DNA from: Felis catus
Taxonomy: Eukaryota
Length of the DNA stretch: 64,000 bases
Direction of reading: 5' to 3'
NCBI RefSeq assembly: GCF_018350175.1
Contig: NC_058383.1
Coordinates: forward strand, 11,534,001-11,598,000
The position numbers and the translations under genes are program-made. Within the stretch, counting starts at the first letter, position 1, and each line of letters starts with the position of its first letter. The notes under the pieces were generated by a model, which was not told the origin of the DNA, ran no database searches, and saw nothing but the letters and a program-made list of their open reading frames with translations. This document shows, piece after piece, positions 12,916-25,369 of the stretch.

Positions 12916-14740
12916 GGGAGGGAGGGAGGGAGGGAGGAAGGGAGGGAGAGAGAATACGGGAGAATATGGGAGATCGCAGGGATTTCAGGGAGGTGGGCCA
13001 GGCCTCAGTCAAGGCAGTGGGCCAGTACCCTCTATCTCCCCCACTGACTTCCTCATCTTGGAATCCCGTGGGCCTGTGATGAGGGCTCTCGCTTACCTCC
13101 TATGGTTCCTCCTATAGATGCTTAGAGCCCCTTTCTTCTCAGGCTGGAACCGGATGGCACTTTCCCTGCTGTGAAGATTAATTGGTATTGTTCTCAAAAC
13201 AAAAAGGTGTCCGTGCTAGTTTCTGAAGCGTGGGACACTCGGGCCAGAGGCCTCGCCGAGGTTTGCTCCCCTGCTGCGGATGCCCTGTCCGCATCTGCTC
13301 AGCCTCACGAAGGCCGGAGGCAGAGACGACCCTTGTCCTTCAGAGGTGGGTTATAGCCTGTTTGAGCATGTTTGGGGGTTTTATCACGCACTTCGGCCCC
13401 AGTGCCGTCTCAAAGTATGGTGGCATAGCATTTTGGAAGTAATAACTGCTGCTCCCCCGGTATCATATTTCCTTGAGCCCCTTCTGTTCTCCCACAGCAT
13501 CTGGGGATGCTGGTCCCCATGCTTTGGGCAGGAAGAGGATCTGAGTAGCAGGGACAGATGGAATCCAGTTTCCTGGGACTTCTTTAGGGAAATGGATAAA
13601 GCCCGAGAGCAACCCCCCTGGGACCAAAGGGAAGGGGCGCAGGGCTGGAAGGGGGCTCCAGTGGCAGTTGTCTGGGTCCCAGTGGGGCTCTGAGATTGCC
13701 AAGAGGGCCTGCTTTGGAGCCTCGGACTAGAAAGGGCTGTGTTCCTGCCAGGGACAGCCTCACCAGGCAGGGGTCTCCGGTAGGACAGGTGCCAACCCCG
13801 GTTTGTGGCAGGACACCTGCTCAGACCCTCAGCCACCCTCCTGCAGAGGGAGGTCTCCCGAGGGGGGAAAGGGGTGGGGAACTGCCAGGGAAAGCAGGTT
13901 ACATGCTGGCGGGTTAAGCTCTTAGAGAATCGGAATCTGTAGAAACGGCCAAGATGAGCGAGAAGGGTCCCTGGGGCCATCCAGTCCTTGGTCGCTTTCA
14001 AGCAGGTGCTCACCACGGGTAGCAGGTGGAGAACAGACCCCAGGGAGCATCCCAGGGTCTTCCTGAGGATTTCTAAGAATTCTCGTACCTTCAACAGTCC
14101 CTACCTCCACGTCTCTGACAATTTCTTCTGAACTCACGTGCTTTACAATCATTGCCATAATAATAACATTTATGCTCACCAGATTTGTAACAATCACTGA
14201 TTACTAATAGAATTGCTGCTTTGTTCACTCGTGCTGTAAAGCGTCAACAGCAGTAGTGTGCCGTTGGAGTCCTCAGCTCCGTGAATGACAGCTCCCGTAG
14301 AATATGTGTAAACACATTAATTTCCTCCTCAGAAAAATGTGGGTTTGGGGTTTCACTTGATTGGAGACCCAGGTTCTTTGATGGAATAGTAGGGGGCATG
14401 TAACGTGGGAGATGTGGAGTTCCACTTAAGAATCTCCATCTTCCCACTCACCGCTTGAGCAGGGTGGGGACTGCAGAGCTGGGGACCATGTCCTTGCAGG
14501 GGTGAATGCCTGACTCAGTTAGGTGAGCACTCAGTTAGGTTTGCTTACGCTGTAGGACGGAGCCCTGGACTGCTGACTTCCAGTGCAGAGTAATGCCTTT
14601 GACAAATCCCAGCTATCTTCAGGGGGCTGTGTCCATGAGGCTTGGGGACACGTGGACTGTCACAAAGGGACCTGAGCACCCAGCTCCCGGGCTTGTGTGG
14701 CAGAGACCCCGTGGCTCCTCTCTCCTTAGGCATCCGACTC

Positions 14741-15095
14741 TGTTTTACTCTTTCAAGCCCCCATCCGAAGAGTACCATAAACTGGGTGATTTTGACAACA
14801 AACATTTACTTCTCACCCTTCTGGCCTCTGGGAAGTCCAAGATCAAGGCGGTGTCTGGTGAGAGCCCGCTTCCTGGTTCACGCACGGCTGTCTTCTGGCC
14901 GTGTCCTCATGGGGTGGGTGGGTCGAGGGAGCTCTAAGTCCTTACTAATCAGGGCACTAATCCCACTTATGAGGGCTCCACCTTCATGAACTAATCGCCT
15001 CCTGAAGGCCCCACCTTCTAACACTCTCATATTGGGGGGAGCAAGTTTCAGTAGATGAATTTGGTGGGGAGATGCAACCATTTCAGTCTCTGGCA
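14741..15095 (-). mobile_element. MaLR solo LTR, MLT1A0-like
   Basis: Reverse-strand hallmarks 'taccataaactgggtg', 'ctgggaagtccaagatcaagg', 'ggcactaatcccacttatgagggctccacc', 'ttcagtctctggca'. Confidence 0.88.
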
Positions 15096-15699
15096 GACTC
15101 TTCTTTCCTTCCTTCCCAACTCCTTTTCTCCATCTGTCCCCCTTTGCACATCAGGATGCCGTCCAGCCTGCCCAGGGTTTCCTTTCCCCCACTTCCTGGA
15201 GATCTGTTCTGAGCCTGGGGTCACATGAATGATGCGGGTGACTCAGGAGGCTGTCCAGCACGTGTCACAGGTGTCAGCATGGTGACGGGGCAGCAGAGAA
15301 AGGCACAGACACAGCCAGGGAGACACCAAGCGCCATCGCTGAAAAGTTATTTTGCGAAAGCATTTCCATGCTACTACAATGCCATCTATCTGAGAGGCCC
15401 TGCCTTGGAAATTCTTGAGAGCCTCTTTGCTCGCTTCGCGGTCCCCTTGGGGAGATGCGTCATCACCGTGGCCGAAGGCACGCTCTCAACCAGTGCATCT
15501 TGGAGCCGGTGTTTGTAGGTCACGAGGGCTGGTTGTGCGTGTTTCTTCCCACCAGAAATCTGCAACCACCACTAATCAGCTGCCCTCCCACAGCCAGGTG
15601 TGAGACATTTGTTGGCACACGGTGTTCCCAACTGGCCTCCACTTCCCCATCTTGCTACGCTTTCCCTCCGTAACACCCACGGTCCAGTGCCCTCATCCA

Positions 15700-16245
15700 C
15701 CCCGGGGCTCACAGCCCTTCCGATCAGGGAAATTGTGTGCTCATCAAGAGTCGATTACACTTGTCCCCAACCTGTTCATGCAAAATATATTTGTTATAGC
15801 AATTATGGAATTAGGTCAATATTGCCCTACTGATGGAGTGTGAGTATGAAAGAAACAGAGCTGTCATTGCCATGGAAATTAAGTCGCATGCTTGGGAGAG
15901 ACTTACTAATGGCAGATTGCTGAAAAAATTGCTATCGAATTGAGTGCAGGCCAAGCAACGATAAAATGGTGGCGGGGGGGGGGAGAACGTATCAATCGGG
16001 AAGGATTCTGGGTCCCGTTGCCTGGGACTGTCTCTGAAGTTCTTGTTGCACTTGTAGTATATAAAATGGCGACTTGGAAGTCAAGTGGATCCCCAAGGAA
16101 GGGATGTCCATTTATACATTTTTAAGTCAAAATATGATATTGCAGGCGTGCTTCTATTATCCGTTGTGATTCCATACTCTAACCCACTTTGTGGTGATGC
16201 TGGGCCATCCGTGCCAGTGTTGGGGGCTAAGTGGCTTCTATAGTG
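15700..16245 (+). mobile_element. Ancient Tigger (Tigger15/MamRep434-like) fossil with degraded transposase N-terminus
   Basis: ~15850-15972 reads, across a frameshift, RNRAVIAMEIKSHAWERLTNGRLLKK/IAIELSAGQATIKWW, resembling the pipsqueak-type HTH of pogo/CENP-B transposases. Boundaries approximate. Confidence 0.6.
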
Positions 16246-16313
16246 ACCTGAGCCACCCAGTCACTATGGCCATGCTATGGCTTTACTTGAGGCAAAGATT
16301 CAGTCATCGATGG

Positions 16314-16634
16314 TGGTTGACCCTTGAACGATGTGGGGGGTTAGGGGCGGTGACCCCTTGTGCCGCAGAAAATCCATGCGTAAGTTCTGGTTCCCCTAAA
16401 ACTTAACTCCTAATGTCTACTGTTGACTGGAAGCCTTAGCAATAACAGAAATAGTGGGTGAACACGCCTTTTGTATGTAGTCTGTATCCTGTATCGCCTT
16501 CTTACAATAAAGTAACTCTAGAGAAGAAGACATTATCGAGAACACCAAAGGGAAGAGAGAATACCCTTCGAGTAAACAATCCATGTGTAGATGGACCCAT
16601 GCAGTTCAAACCCACGTTGCTCAAGAGTCAACTG
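16314..16634. mobile_element. Tigger2a-like non-autonomous DNA transposon
   Basis: TIRs 'tggttgacccttgaacgatgtggg' / 'cccacgttgctcaagagtcaactg' followed by TA. Internal 'aaaacttaact..tactgttgactggaagcctt' and 'ttcttacaataaagtaa'. Confidence 0.88.
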
Positions 16635-18192
16635 TAACCTGAGCTCTGCCATTTTTCGGGCTCACGGCCTGTCCAGCACACGGTTCAGAGACCGTCTGGG
16701 CAGCCTCACATCCAGAGTCTCTCCATTTGTGTCCAGCTCCCTTTTCACTTCCGCCCCTTGCCTCTCCCCTCTCCCACTCTCCTCCAGCAGCTTCCTCCCC
16801 GAAGCCCGTCCACTGTCCTCATCGCACAGTGACATCCCACCCACGCTTCCAAATCCAAAATTACCGCTTTCTCCATAAAACTCGTCCCCATCTCCTGACT
16901 AGAGGTGATGTGGCCATCCCTGGCATTCTCAGATAATTGTATCCGTGTCTCACGAATGCTGTGGGTTGCTTCTGATGGAAAATTAGTTATTTGTGCCATA
17001 AAATTGGGGGTCTGGAGGGAACTTCAGAGAGCCTGGCATTCACCGCCCTAATTGTGTAGATGAGAAAATAGGGTCAGAGCCCTGTCCTGGCGGGTTCAAC
17101 GTGGTCCAGGCAGTTAGTTATGATAGTGACATTAATCATGTGAATGCCCCCTCCTGCCTAGAGGGTGGTCTACCCTAAGGTTCCATTCACTGAGCTTGGC
17201 ACATTTATGTAATTAAAACTTAGAGCTTACCTTCATTAAATATGTTCAGATCGGAAAGAACTCTGTATTCGTTGGAAAGGATTTAGAAAATGCAAAATGA
17301 TACGAAGAAGCAAATAAAAACCACTACTTGCCTTGCTATTCAGAGACAAGGATCTTTAACATCTAGGATCATTGCCCTCAGACGGGGTTGAAAGAAAAGG
17401 AAATCAAACTAATATTATGCATAGAACAAATAGTTGAAGGAGGGAGTGTTTTCTGATGGAGCAGAAGAAGTGAAGGCTTCTGAATGGTATATCTGATTCC
17501 CATCATCCACACATCTACTCAAGAAAGAAGAATCTGGGGGGGGGGTGGGCAGACCTCTGCTAGATGCTAGGGCCTCAGAGATGAATTACGTATTGCAGGT
17601 GCCTGCCCTTGAGCTTTTCAGAACCTAGTGGAGGAAACAGACGTGTAAACAGATCATCACAATGCAGGCTGACAATGGAGGGATGAACAATTTAAGGCAG
17701 TATGTAATTACACGCAACATTACATGACATGGATTTTATGGCCCGTCACAGTGGGCTGTGGCAGTTTGTAATTTCTGTTATCAAACCAAAAGCCACATAA
17801 CAATGACCAGGGAAACTTCCTTTAAAGGTGATTGCTCATAAAGAGGAAATAATTGGAATTTCACAAACCAGTAATTACAAGAGCGGGAAAGGTTACTATG
17901 GTGTCTTTTATAACAGTAATCAAAAAAAAAAAAAATTACAGGGGGACTTTAAAAAATGTTCTGTTAATTAACCCCATTAAGGTGACTGTCTGAGCCGAAA
18001 GGCGGATCCACCAAAACGCACACCTCAGGAGGAGTTTGAGGGATTTGAGACGAGCAAGTCAGACACACCGTGGAATCAAGTGTTTCTCACCTCTCTGGCT
18101 ATTTGCGGCATCCGACTCAGCATTGGCAGCTGGTTTGTGTCATATTGTAATAATCACATGCTATGGCCTCTTGTGACTGAGGATGGTATTAT

Positions 18193-18408
18193 GGCGGGTC
18201 CTGCGTGGCTCAGTCAGTTAAGCGTCTCACTCTTGGTTTTGGCTCAGGTCATGATCTCAGGGCGGTGAGATCAAGCCCCACATCGGGCTCTGCTCTGGAC
18301 ACGGAGCCTGCTTGGGATTCTCTGTCTCTCCGTCTCTCTCAGTCCCTCGCCCACTCATGCCACTTCTGTCTCTCTCAAAAAATACATCTAAACTTAAAAA
18401 AAGAAAAG
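18193..18408 (+). mobile_element. Can-SINE (older carnivore type)
   Basis: 'gtggctcagtcagttaagcgtct..ggctcaggtcatgatctc..gagcctgcttgggattctct' plus A-rich tail. Diverged, TSD unclear. Confidence 0.93.
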
Positions 18409-19344
18409 AGAGGTATTTTGCACTGTTGAACTTCTTCAAAATATTCACGGGACTTGGGCCATTGTTCCGTTCATCTTGTTTTATTTTAACCTGTCAGGTT
18501 AGTTTTCTTGCACTCGATGCCTTTCCCCTGTGGACTCGTCAGGGCCCCTTCAGAGACAGGCAGTCAACTGGATTGAAGTGAGTGGGGGCGATGATCCTGA
18601 GACGAAGCAATGTACACGGGGGCATGGTCTCCCAGGACAGCACCGAGGTTCAGATGCCACCATGAGAGTGATTGCTTTTCCTGCGTGTCCCTGAGGTGTC
18701 AGGAGTATGTCTCTGAGCTGAGGTGGCTCGGAGTAGCTCCTGCTCTGTACATCAATCTCTCTCTCTCTCTCTCTCTCTCACTCTTTTTGGGGGAGAACTT
18801 TAGCTGCTTATTCCTGGCCGGAATGCAATTCTGCTCAACAAGATGGCTGGCCAGTGGCCTGTGTTGTCTGAGCCTTCGCATGGTCGAGTCACTCCCTCAT
18901 GCTGTGCTTCTGTGCCTCTTCTGTAAAATGACAGGATTGGATAAGATGAGCTCCAGCTCTTTCTGGCTCTTTCTGGCTCTTTCTGGCTCTGGCCAGCTCT
19001 GCAACCCTGTGAAATCACTCTCAGGATGGACCCGTCTCGGAAGGGGTGCTCTGGGGGCGTGGGGCGAGCCCCTCTCCTGCCTCCAGGTCGCTAGGAGTGA
19101 CCACCATTCATTTCTGCACCCCCCCCCCCCCGATCCATTTTCCTGACCCTCCTTCCAGGCCTCCTGCTGCTCTTCTGCGGCACTCCACGGCCCACACCAC
19201 AAATGCCTCCAGGCCTTTCTGGAGAAACATGGCTGTCTTCACCACACCCTGATTCATTTTCCTCTTCCACCAAATGCAGGAAGGGAACACTCTCTCTCCT
19301 TCCTTGTGGGGTAGCTTGAGATCGTGCGACTGAATTCCGGGCAC

Positions 19345-19770
19345 CACATGACATGACCCAGCAGTTCTGCTTCCGGGCCTATACCTAAAAGAATTGAAAA
19401 TGGATGCTAAGTGAAAACCTGTACCAGAATGTGCAGTGCGGCCCTCTTCCCAGGAGCCCGGGGATGGAGACAACCCAAATATCCCTCAGTCAATGAATGG
19501 ATACACCAAATGCGATCTGTCCGCACGATGGAATATTATCCAGCCACGAACAGGAGCGAAGTACTCCTTTTCAAAATGAGAGTAATTGCATAAGAGGCCC
19601 AGGTTTGCATCTGAGGTGATAGAAACTTCCGGAACTAGAAGCAGTGATGGCAGCCCGACACTGCAGGTCTACTTAGCGCTACTGAATCGTACGTTTTCAG
19701 ATGATTGAAACGTGAAGTTCACGTTCTGTGTTTCAGTGTACCCTAATGAAAAAAGAAAGCGTAAAAGAAA
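19345..19770 (+). mobile_element. L1 (L1MB-like) ORF2 end and 3' UTR fragment
   Basis: 'atgacccagcagttctgctt..tatacctaaaagaattgaaaa', 'acaacccaaatatccc..atgaatggata', 'atggaatattatccagcc', then L1MB-like 3' UTR and A-rich end. Confidence 0.85.
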
Positions 19771-21474
19771 GCTATCCACACGTATTTTGGGCCAAGGAGG
19801 AGAGAGAATAATCAAGTAAACCCCGACCCACCAAGCTGTAGCTGGAAGGCAAGTCGAGGTACGAAGAACACACGCAGCCGGCAAGGTCAAGGTGAGATGA
19901 ACAGTAGCCAGACTATGAGGGAATGGCACAGGCCTCCGGAGGCTTGGGGAAGGTTGGCACGTGGAGGGTCACGCCGGGCCTGAAGTGGACGCATCCCGTT
20001 GGCGGGAAGTTCAAGAGCAGCCAGTTCAACAGAACAGGTGTGTTGGGGGAAAGGGAGACTGAAAACATCGACCTGTTTTGGGCGCCGTGATTTAAGGGCA
20101 CCTGATGTCATGGCTTCCGAGTCTCCCAGGGACAGGGAGTTAGCAAAGTGTTGTTCTCGTGGTAATCTCTCTAGAATAATCCTTGAAAAGCTTCTTCCAA
20201 GGAGACGCTGACTGTACCTCCGTCCTGGTTCATCCTCTTCTGCCTAAGTGGCACACCCCTCTGTCACTGTCCTGTCTCCTGCATCGCCACTACCTTCCTT
20301 TCTGTAAATGGACACATCTGGCCAGTGCCCCTTAGCTGAACTCAGTCTATGTGGGACATGCCACAGAGGAGGTGGCATCTAGGCTGGCTCTTGGAGGAAA
20401 TATAATACCACTCAGTGGAAGTGTGTGGGTGGTCTGGGCATAATGAGTAGGTGTGTGTGGCTGGAGCAAAGCCAGAGGGTAGCAGTAGGTCTGGGGGTAA
20501 GGCAGTGACGGGACCCGTAGTGAAAACGTTCGCTACGTCATGTTCACGTGTCAGCAGTGTCCATTGCTATCTTCTAGCTGTGTTTACCAGCACATTCTAG
20601 AACATTCTCAGGGCACGGAGCTTGGGGCTCAGGACCCAATTCAAGAGCAACCGGGGAAGTCGGTGCACCGTGTCTCTGAAGTGCACGGCTGGCCGAAATG
20701 CTGACTCACGTGGTGGCCAGGGAGCTTCCTGGGCTACGTCCTTCTAACCCAGATGGAAGCATGGGTGTCCACGCACACAAGCCATGTCCATAAGCATGGT
20801 ATTGGGTTGGCTCTTAGTTTCCGACTTCTGTTCCGGGCACGAGCATGATGCTACTTCGTAAACTATTTTCTCCTCTAAACGTAGGCGCCCCCTTCTCCTA
20901 GGCTACTGGCAGATGATACCAGGCAGGATCTGGCACCTTCTGAGTCCTATCCACCATCTTTTTCCCCTGCCAACCACTTTCCTTGAACATAAAGAGGACT
21001 CATCTCACGTTCTTCATCAAACTGAAGAGCTTGATTGCCTCTGATAGGCCACCTGACCTTCAAAACCCAAAGGCCTGTTTGCACACACTATCTTTGGAGG
21101 AAGGGACGTACCCAGAGGGCAACTTCTCAGTTTTGAATTTTAAATCAAAACTATTTCTTGCCTCCTTCTTGGACAATAGCTCTTGATTATCTGATTGTCC
21201 CCAAGGGGGCCTGTGATTGATATGCAAGAGGCTTTGCTCTTTCTCCTTACTGGGTTCATCTCGGTGGGAAGCCTCCAGATTCTCTGGTACCCCTATTACT
21301 CAAGTAGAGATAAAGATGAGTTTCTACTGTCGATAGGAACTCTGCTGTCCTGAGGTATTCATAGAGTTTATCCTCTAACGGGTGGGAATACCGTTGAGGA
21401 CTTTAAATGAGAGGAATGACATGATCAGAATTGTATAATGGAAGGAGGGAATTCTGATGGTCACTTGGGACAAG

Positions 21475-21530
21475 GGGTAGGGCTCACCGAACATTTTGTG
21501 TAAAGGGCCAGATTGTAAATGTTTTCAAAA
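21475..21530. mobile_element. MER58-like hAT terminal fragment
   Basis: 'aacattttgtgtaaagggccagattgtaaatgtttt' matches the recalled MER58A start (AAACTTTTTCTGTAAAGGGCCAGATAGTAAATATTTT). Confidence 0.6.
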
Positions 21531-21533
21531 CAT

Positions 21534-21861
21534 CATGGGATGATAGAGGCTCTATCCATGGGATGATAGAGGATCCATCCATGGATGATAGAAACTATCA
21601 ATGGTATGATAGAGGCTCTATCCATCGGATGATAGAGGTTTTATCCATGGGATGATAGAGGGTTCATCCATGGGATGATAGAGGCTCTATCCATCGGATG
21701 ATAGAGGTTTTATCCATGGGATGATAGAGGGTTCATCCATGGGATGATAGAGGCTCTATCCATCGGATGATAGAGGATCCATCCATGGGTGATAGAAACT
21801 ATCCATGGGATGATAGAGGCTCTTTCCATGGGAAGATAGAGGTTCTATCCACAGGATAGAG
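21534..21861. repeat. 23-bp minisatellite, 14 units plus a partial (consensus CATGGGATGATAGAGGCTCTATC)
   Basis: Units parsed by eye. Twelve are 23 bp and two are 20-bp variants. Confidence 0.97.
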
Positions 21862-22828
21862 CCCCCTTCCATCCCCATTCTATTCAGAAATTAAGGCCAG
21901 CTCTCAGGAGGAACTGTGTGAGACTCTCGGAGCCCTGTGCTGCTTCAGAACCCAAAGTAAGGCTGTAGGTTGTTGGGGTGATGGTTCTTCCACATCCTAT
22001 ACTCTGGGAGGACCAGAGCTGGTGCCATGGGGCCCTCTCAAGAAGGGCTTCCTCAGTAGGCACAATGGACAGAAGGGCTCACGCAGACATCCAGCACAGG
22101 AACCAGAACAGACTCCCTCCCAGCATCAAAGGTCGCACCCCGGGTCTCCTTAAAACACTCAGGGTGCACACACGTGAGGAGCTCCTAAAACCTGCATGGG
22201 CCGGTGGGGCTCCACATCATTAGTATTTGGACATCAACAGAAACGTGACCTCAATTCGCATTCACAGATTTTGGAGATCTAAATGTATCCACGGATGTGA
22301 GAGAAATCACCCCAGGATGGGACGCACCCTATATTATCAACGTTGATCACATGAACATAAAACTCTGAACCTATAGCTCAGGGCTCTCTCTGTGTTGCTC
22401 TCCCCCTGCGTGGGCTCATCTCTCTAAGGTTGCAAAACAACTAGCAATGCAAATCTGGAAAATGCCCGCACTCTACCCGTCAGAGAGAATCGTCTGCCTC
22501 TGATAATTCAAAGGGAACACGGAGAAGGAAGAAGTTCATCCCTTTCAGATGGGAGCGAGAGACACTTTGCAGGCTCCCTTTCTTCCTCCCTCCAGTAGGG
22601 ATCAATGGGTCTTCCACTGCATCATAAAAGCTGAGCCGTTGGCTCAGAGGCCTTCATAATTTGATCACGTAATTACCAGGAGAGAGGGGTCGGTGCTTTA
22701 CGGCCGCTGCTTGGTGGGTATCCTTTCAATTACCGTGCAGTGCTGGGTCATAATGGAAAATGGGCATGATGCCATTTGTTTGAGAGATCTTTAAAGATGA
22801 GGCTTTCTGGGCTGGCTTCCTGATTGAA

Positions 22829-22830
<2 letters not shown>

Positions 22831-22882
<52 letters not shown>
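22831..22882. repeat. (TG)26 microsatellite
   Basis: Direct reading. Confidence 0.98.
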
Positions 22883-22883
<1 letters not shown>

Positions 22884-25369
22884 TATTGTCACACTATCCT
22901 TCCAGGCTCTCGTATTCCTCTCGATTCACCTCCTTTGAGAGTCAATGAACCTCAAAGGAAACCTGGTTCTGATTTATATGGTTCAGGCCAGGCCTTTGGC
23001 CGTGGTTCTTCCTCCACCCAAACCAGGAGCTTTCCGGGTGATGGGGGCTGTGGCGCTCAGCAAGCCTGGGGGAGGGTGCTTGGGCAGGGCCGGTCCCCCG
23101 TCCCGCGGCCTGGCGGGGTTCCCCTCCCTCGGCTGGATCCACAGGCACCCCACCTTCTTCCCAGCTCGTGCCTCTGCCAGCTCAGTGGGAGAAGGAGCGA
23201 CTGTGGGTTGAGGGAGGTCTGGTCTTCGGTCCCGGGTGCTCCAGGGCTGCAGGCCCCGTGAGAACTTCCAGACCTACTCACGGGCCCTTTGCAGGGACAC
23301 ATGGGCTTCCTGGGGCCTGCAGAACCGAGGCGAGAAGGCTACATTTCTGACCAGCTAGCTGGTACCTTCACTGCTAAGCGCACAACTTGGGCAATGGTTG
23401 CTTTGTTTTTGGTGCACTTGGGTACTCTGATCAAGGGGTGCTTCGGGTCGGGGACCAAGTAGCCTGCTGTTGTCGCGTTGGTTCTGAACTCGTTCTCTCT
23501 CTCTTCGGCCGTGGCAGCGGCCCCCGGACTTCTCTCTGCTTCAGTCTTGTCTCCTCCAGGCCGCACCTGTCACTGCTGTCTGCAGAGATGTAGAGCTCCC
23601 CGACTCCGGGGGTCCTCCCGGCATTACATGCTATGGAGTTCTGGGGAGCACCACTGACCGAGGATGCGATGTGAAAGGTGCTCCCTGGAGTCCTGCAGTG
23701 CAGTGGGTATTGTCCGACAGACCAGTTGTTCTAAAATACCTGTGTTCCCTCATTAGTCCTTCAGCCTAAGTCCTTACAAGGGCTCCCCCACGTCTGTGAG
23801 ACTCACCCTGAGATTCTTACAACGCAAAGCTTCCCAGACCCGGCTCTTGCTCCCTCTCCATCGCTTGCCACGCTGCCTGCTTCCTTGAGCTGTGTCTTTC
23901 AATTGTCCCCAGGTCTTTGCATTCCAGACGCCAACAGCCTGGAATGTTCTCCAGGCTGCATTTGTTCTCCAAGGTGCATCTGCTACCTTCCCTCTGTCCC
24001 TTGGGGCCCCATGTCTTCTCCTCCTCCTTTCTTTACCGTCCCTCGTGCCTTGTCCCCGAGCCCCGTGCCTGGCATTGCCCTCTACAACTCGTGCCCGAAG
24101 CTGGATTGCAATCACACGCTCACAGCCAGATTTTTATCGGACTGTGGCGTCCTTGTGGGCGGAGGCCGTGTCCCATCCATCACTGTATCCTCTGGGCCCA
24201 GCACAACGTGTGACCCAGAGTCGGCGCACAATGAGTATCCGGGAAGGAAAGGTGTTCGTACAACGGGTTGGGTACAACAGCCAGTGGCTTGCAGGACCTC
24301 AGAGTCCACCTGGAGAGAATCCCCCTGCACCTGGGGGAACATCATACATCTTGGGGGGGGGCATCATGCACCGGGGGAGACATCACGTGCCTGGAGAGAC
24401 ATGGCCATGTAACACTGCATGCTATGCTCTGAGCTACAGGTACTGAGATGACTCAGAAAGGGAAGGGTGTAGACAGGAGTCTTCCGGGCTTATTTCCCGT
24501 GATTCTAGTGCTTCGGGATCCTCAGGGGTCACTGGTCTCTACTGCCTCACCCCCCCAGAGGAAGAGCCTGAGGTCCAGAGAGAAGGAGAGCTGCTTGAGG
24601 TCACTTTGAGAGTTGGCTGCAAAGCCAGAAATAACATCTAGACTCCTTGATTCCCAGTCCAGTGTTTATATCTATATATAAAAAAAAAGCTCATCAGGCT
24701 GGAAGCAGCAGGCATTTTGATGTTTCTCCTATAAATAATTTAGGGGGAGGGGTATGAAACAAAACAGAATTTTGTTACTAAATATTGATGCTATAGCTGC
24801 TACTTAGAGAGGTTTGCACACGATGTTTTCAATTAGATTCTCTTTATCCTCCTTTAGAAGCCAGTTTTTTTTTTTTTTTTAAAGGACAGGATTGGAGTGC
24901 GTTATTAACATCGACAGCCCCAGTATTCACAATGTGTTTCTGAAGCCATTAGGGGCAGATACTGATCTATCAATCTATTCCCCACCACGAGCCTCGGGCT
25001 GATTTCAGGGGACGCCAGCAGGAATCGCTGTCTTGGCGTTACAGCAGAAACACCCTCGTGTGGTTTTAAAGTGGGTATTCGATCCACGGGCGCTCCCTGG
25101 GCATCCATGACTGGAACATGGCGGACTGGGGTTGGAGGGTGGTGGGTGGAAAGCCAAGCTCTGATGCTGGAGAGGGTGGATTTCAGCTGGAGGGACCAGC
25201 CGAGATTGTCTCTCGAGAGGAATTCCCGGGCTCAACTCATCTTGGGCTCCCACGTCAGCCAAGAGAAGGGACACCGAATGCCTCAAATGCTTGCTGTGTG
25301 ATTGGCACTGTGCTCAATTTATCTCAATTCTCACGATAATCCTGCAGAGTAAGTGTTATTATGATTCCC

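Noticed and set aside
13384..14094. 236-aa minus-strand ORF
   Set aside because: GC-rich chance ORF with no recognisable homology and overlapping ORFs in other frames.
21534..21861. CRISPR-like array of short palindromic repeats
   Set aside because: No unique spacers, units are head-to-tail, no cas genes, mammalian context. It is a minisatellite.
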